Below, one piece after another: positions 63,093 to 64,000 of a stretch of DNA of 64,000 nt. The position numbers and the translations under genes were made by a program. The notes beneath the pieces are model-generated. The model saw only the letters and a list, made by a program, of their open reading frames with translations, did no database searches and was not told where the DNA came from. The first letter of the stretch is position 1. Every line of letters starts with the position of its first letter. Source of the DNA: Bordetella parapertussis (GTDB lineage: Bacteria > Pseudomonadota > Gammaproteobacteria > Burkholderiales > SG8-41); contig CAMCYP010000005.1 of NCBI GenBank assembly GCA_945885345.1, positions 7,021 through 71,020 of the forward strand, written 5' to 3'.

Positions 63093-63635
63093 ATGAAGAA
63101 AATGCAGATCAACAAGGCATTCACGCTGATCGAACCCGGGCCGGTTGTCCTTGTGACGACAAACGACGGCAGGAAGAACAATGTGATGACGATCTCGTGG
63201 ACCATGGTGATGGACTTCACGCCGGTATTCGCCATCACCACGGGGCCCTGGAACCATTCCTTTGCCGCGCTTCAAAAAACCCGGGAGTGCGTGATTTCAA
63301 TTCCCACCGTCGACCTGCTGGATCAGGTCATCGGGGTGGGGACCTGTTCCGGCGCCGATACGGACAAGTTCGGGAAATTCATGCTGACGCCGGTCAAGGC
63401 GAGGCATGTCAAGGCGCCTCTGATCAAGGAGTGTCTGGCGAATATCGAATGCAAAGTCATGGACATCATCGGGAAACACGACATCGTGGTTCTCCAGGGC
63501 GTCGCGTCATACTTCGATGACAAAAGGAAAGAGAAAAGAACGATTCATGCGGTTGGTGACGGCACTTTCATAATCGATGGACGCAAAATAAGTCGAAAGA
63601 AAATGATGGGGGCCAAGATCCCGGCAGGTCTCTGA
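63093..63635 (+). CDS. flavin reductase-like (FMN-binding split-barrel) protein
   Basis: 180 aa. GPVVLVTTNDGRKNNVMTISW typical of the flavin_reduct domain. Confidence 0.75.
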   Translation: MKKMQINKAFTLIEPGPVVLVTTNDGRKNNVMTISWTMVMDFTPVFAITTGPWNHSFAALQKTRECVISIPTVDLLDQVIGVGTCSGADTDKFGKFMLTPVKARHVKAPLIKECLANIECKVMDIIGKHDIVVLQGVASYFDDKRKEKRTIHAVGDGTFIIDGRKISRKKMMGAKIPAGL

Positions 63636-63700
63636 TTTTTCGGTTGAAAATTGATGCAGATCAAGACGTTCCGTTCATTCGCGCCGCAACATCATGAAAC

Positions 63701-64000
63701 ATGAAATCGCTGACTGAACAACAGATCGCATCGTTGAAGGACTGGATGGCCAGGCGCAAAAGCCATCTGCTGGACGAAATCCGTGAAGTGCTGGCGCGTT
63801 CCGGCAGAGCCCAGCACGCGGAACTTTTGGGCGACATGGGCGACGAAGCGGTTGCCAGCCTGTTGCGGGATATCTCCGAAGCAGAAGTCCTGCGTGACAT
63901 TGGAGAAGTGCGCGACATTGCCGCGGCGGAACAGCGCTTGGCAGGCGGACAGTACGGCATCTGCATCGATTGTGGTGAGCCGGTGGTTTATGAGCGCCTG
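63701..64000 (+). CDS. DksA/TraR-family C4 zinc-finger protein, 3'-truncated by the window end
   Basis: Open frame from ATG 63701 to the window edge. Coiled-coil region, then CIDCGEPV, the first CxxC of the zinc finger. Absent from the ORF track because no stop is reached. Confidence 0.65.
   Translation, partial: MKSLTEQQIASLKDWMARRKSHLLDEIREVLARSGRAQHAELLGDMGDEAVASLLRDISEAEVLRDIGEVRDIAAAEQRLAGGQYGICIDCGEPVVYERL

Overview
GC-rich proteobacterial chromosomal segment. The order carA-carB-greA-DUF4149-yhbY-rlmE-ftsH-folP-glmM followed by pstSCAB looks betaproteobacterial; this is an inference from synteny, no database was searched. Most of the window is core housekeeping: pyrimidine synthesis, FtsH, folate, cell wall, phosphate uptake, dapA-bamC, mutS, prfC, mfd, serB, and an iscR plus suf Fe-S cluster locus. 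Accessory content is an arsR-arsI-arsC-aquaporin cassette between glmM and pstS, a lower-GC islet of about 2.8 kb (YkgJ-like, RHH, SulP, DUF2970), and a patch of small metal and redox genes (YnfA, ZIP, DUF1269-like, peroxiredoxin). Three observations stand out. (1) A peroxiredoxin appears in the ORF track as two fragments, but it is one reading frame interrupted only by a TGA at the peroxidatic-Cys position. A SECIS-like hairpin follows, so it is a candidate selenoprotein. (2) A GC-rich palindromic repeat sits in frame inside mfd and adds about 46 residues; a second copy lies just upstream of the gene. (3) The lower-GC islet is bounded on the left by a truncated tRNA 3' half and on both sides by an imperfect direct repeat of about 19 nt. 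The window also holds several families of intergenic repeats: REP-like hairpin pairs, CACAGAG-type inverted repeats inside the suf operon, heptamer arrays, and a recurrent 18-20 nt AT-rich motif. Many of these abut or include stop or start codons. The many long ORFs antisense to real genes are treated as GC-rich artefacts. No CRISPR array, rRNA, intact tRNA, transposase or integrase was seen.
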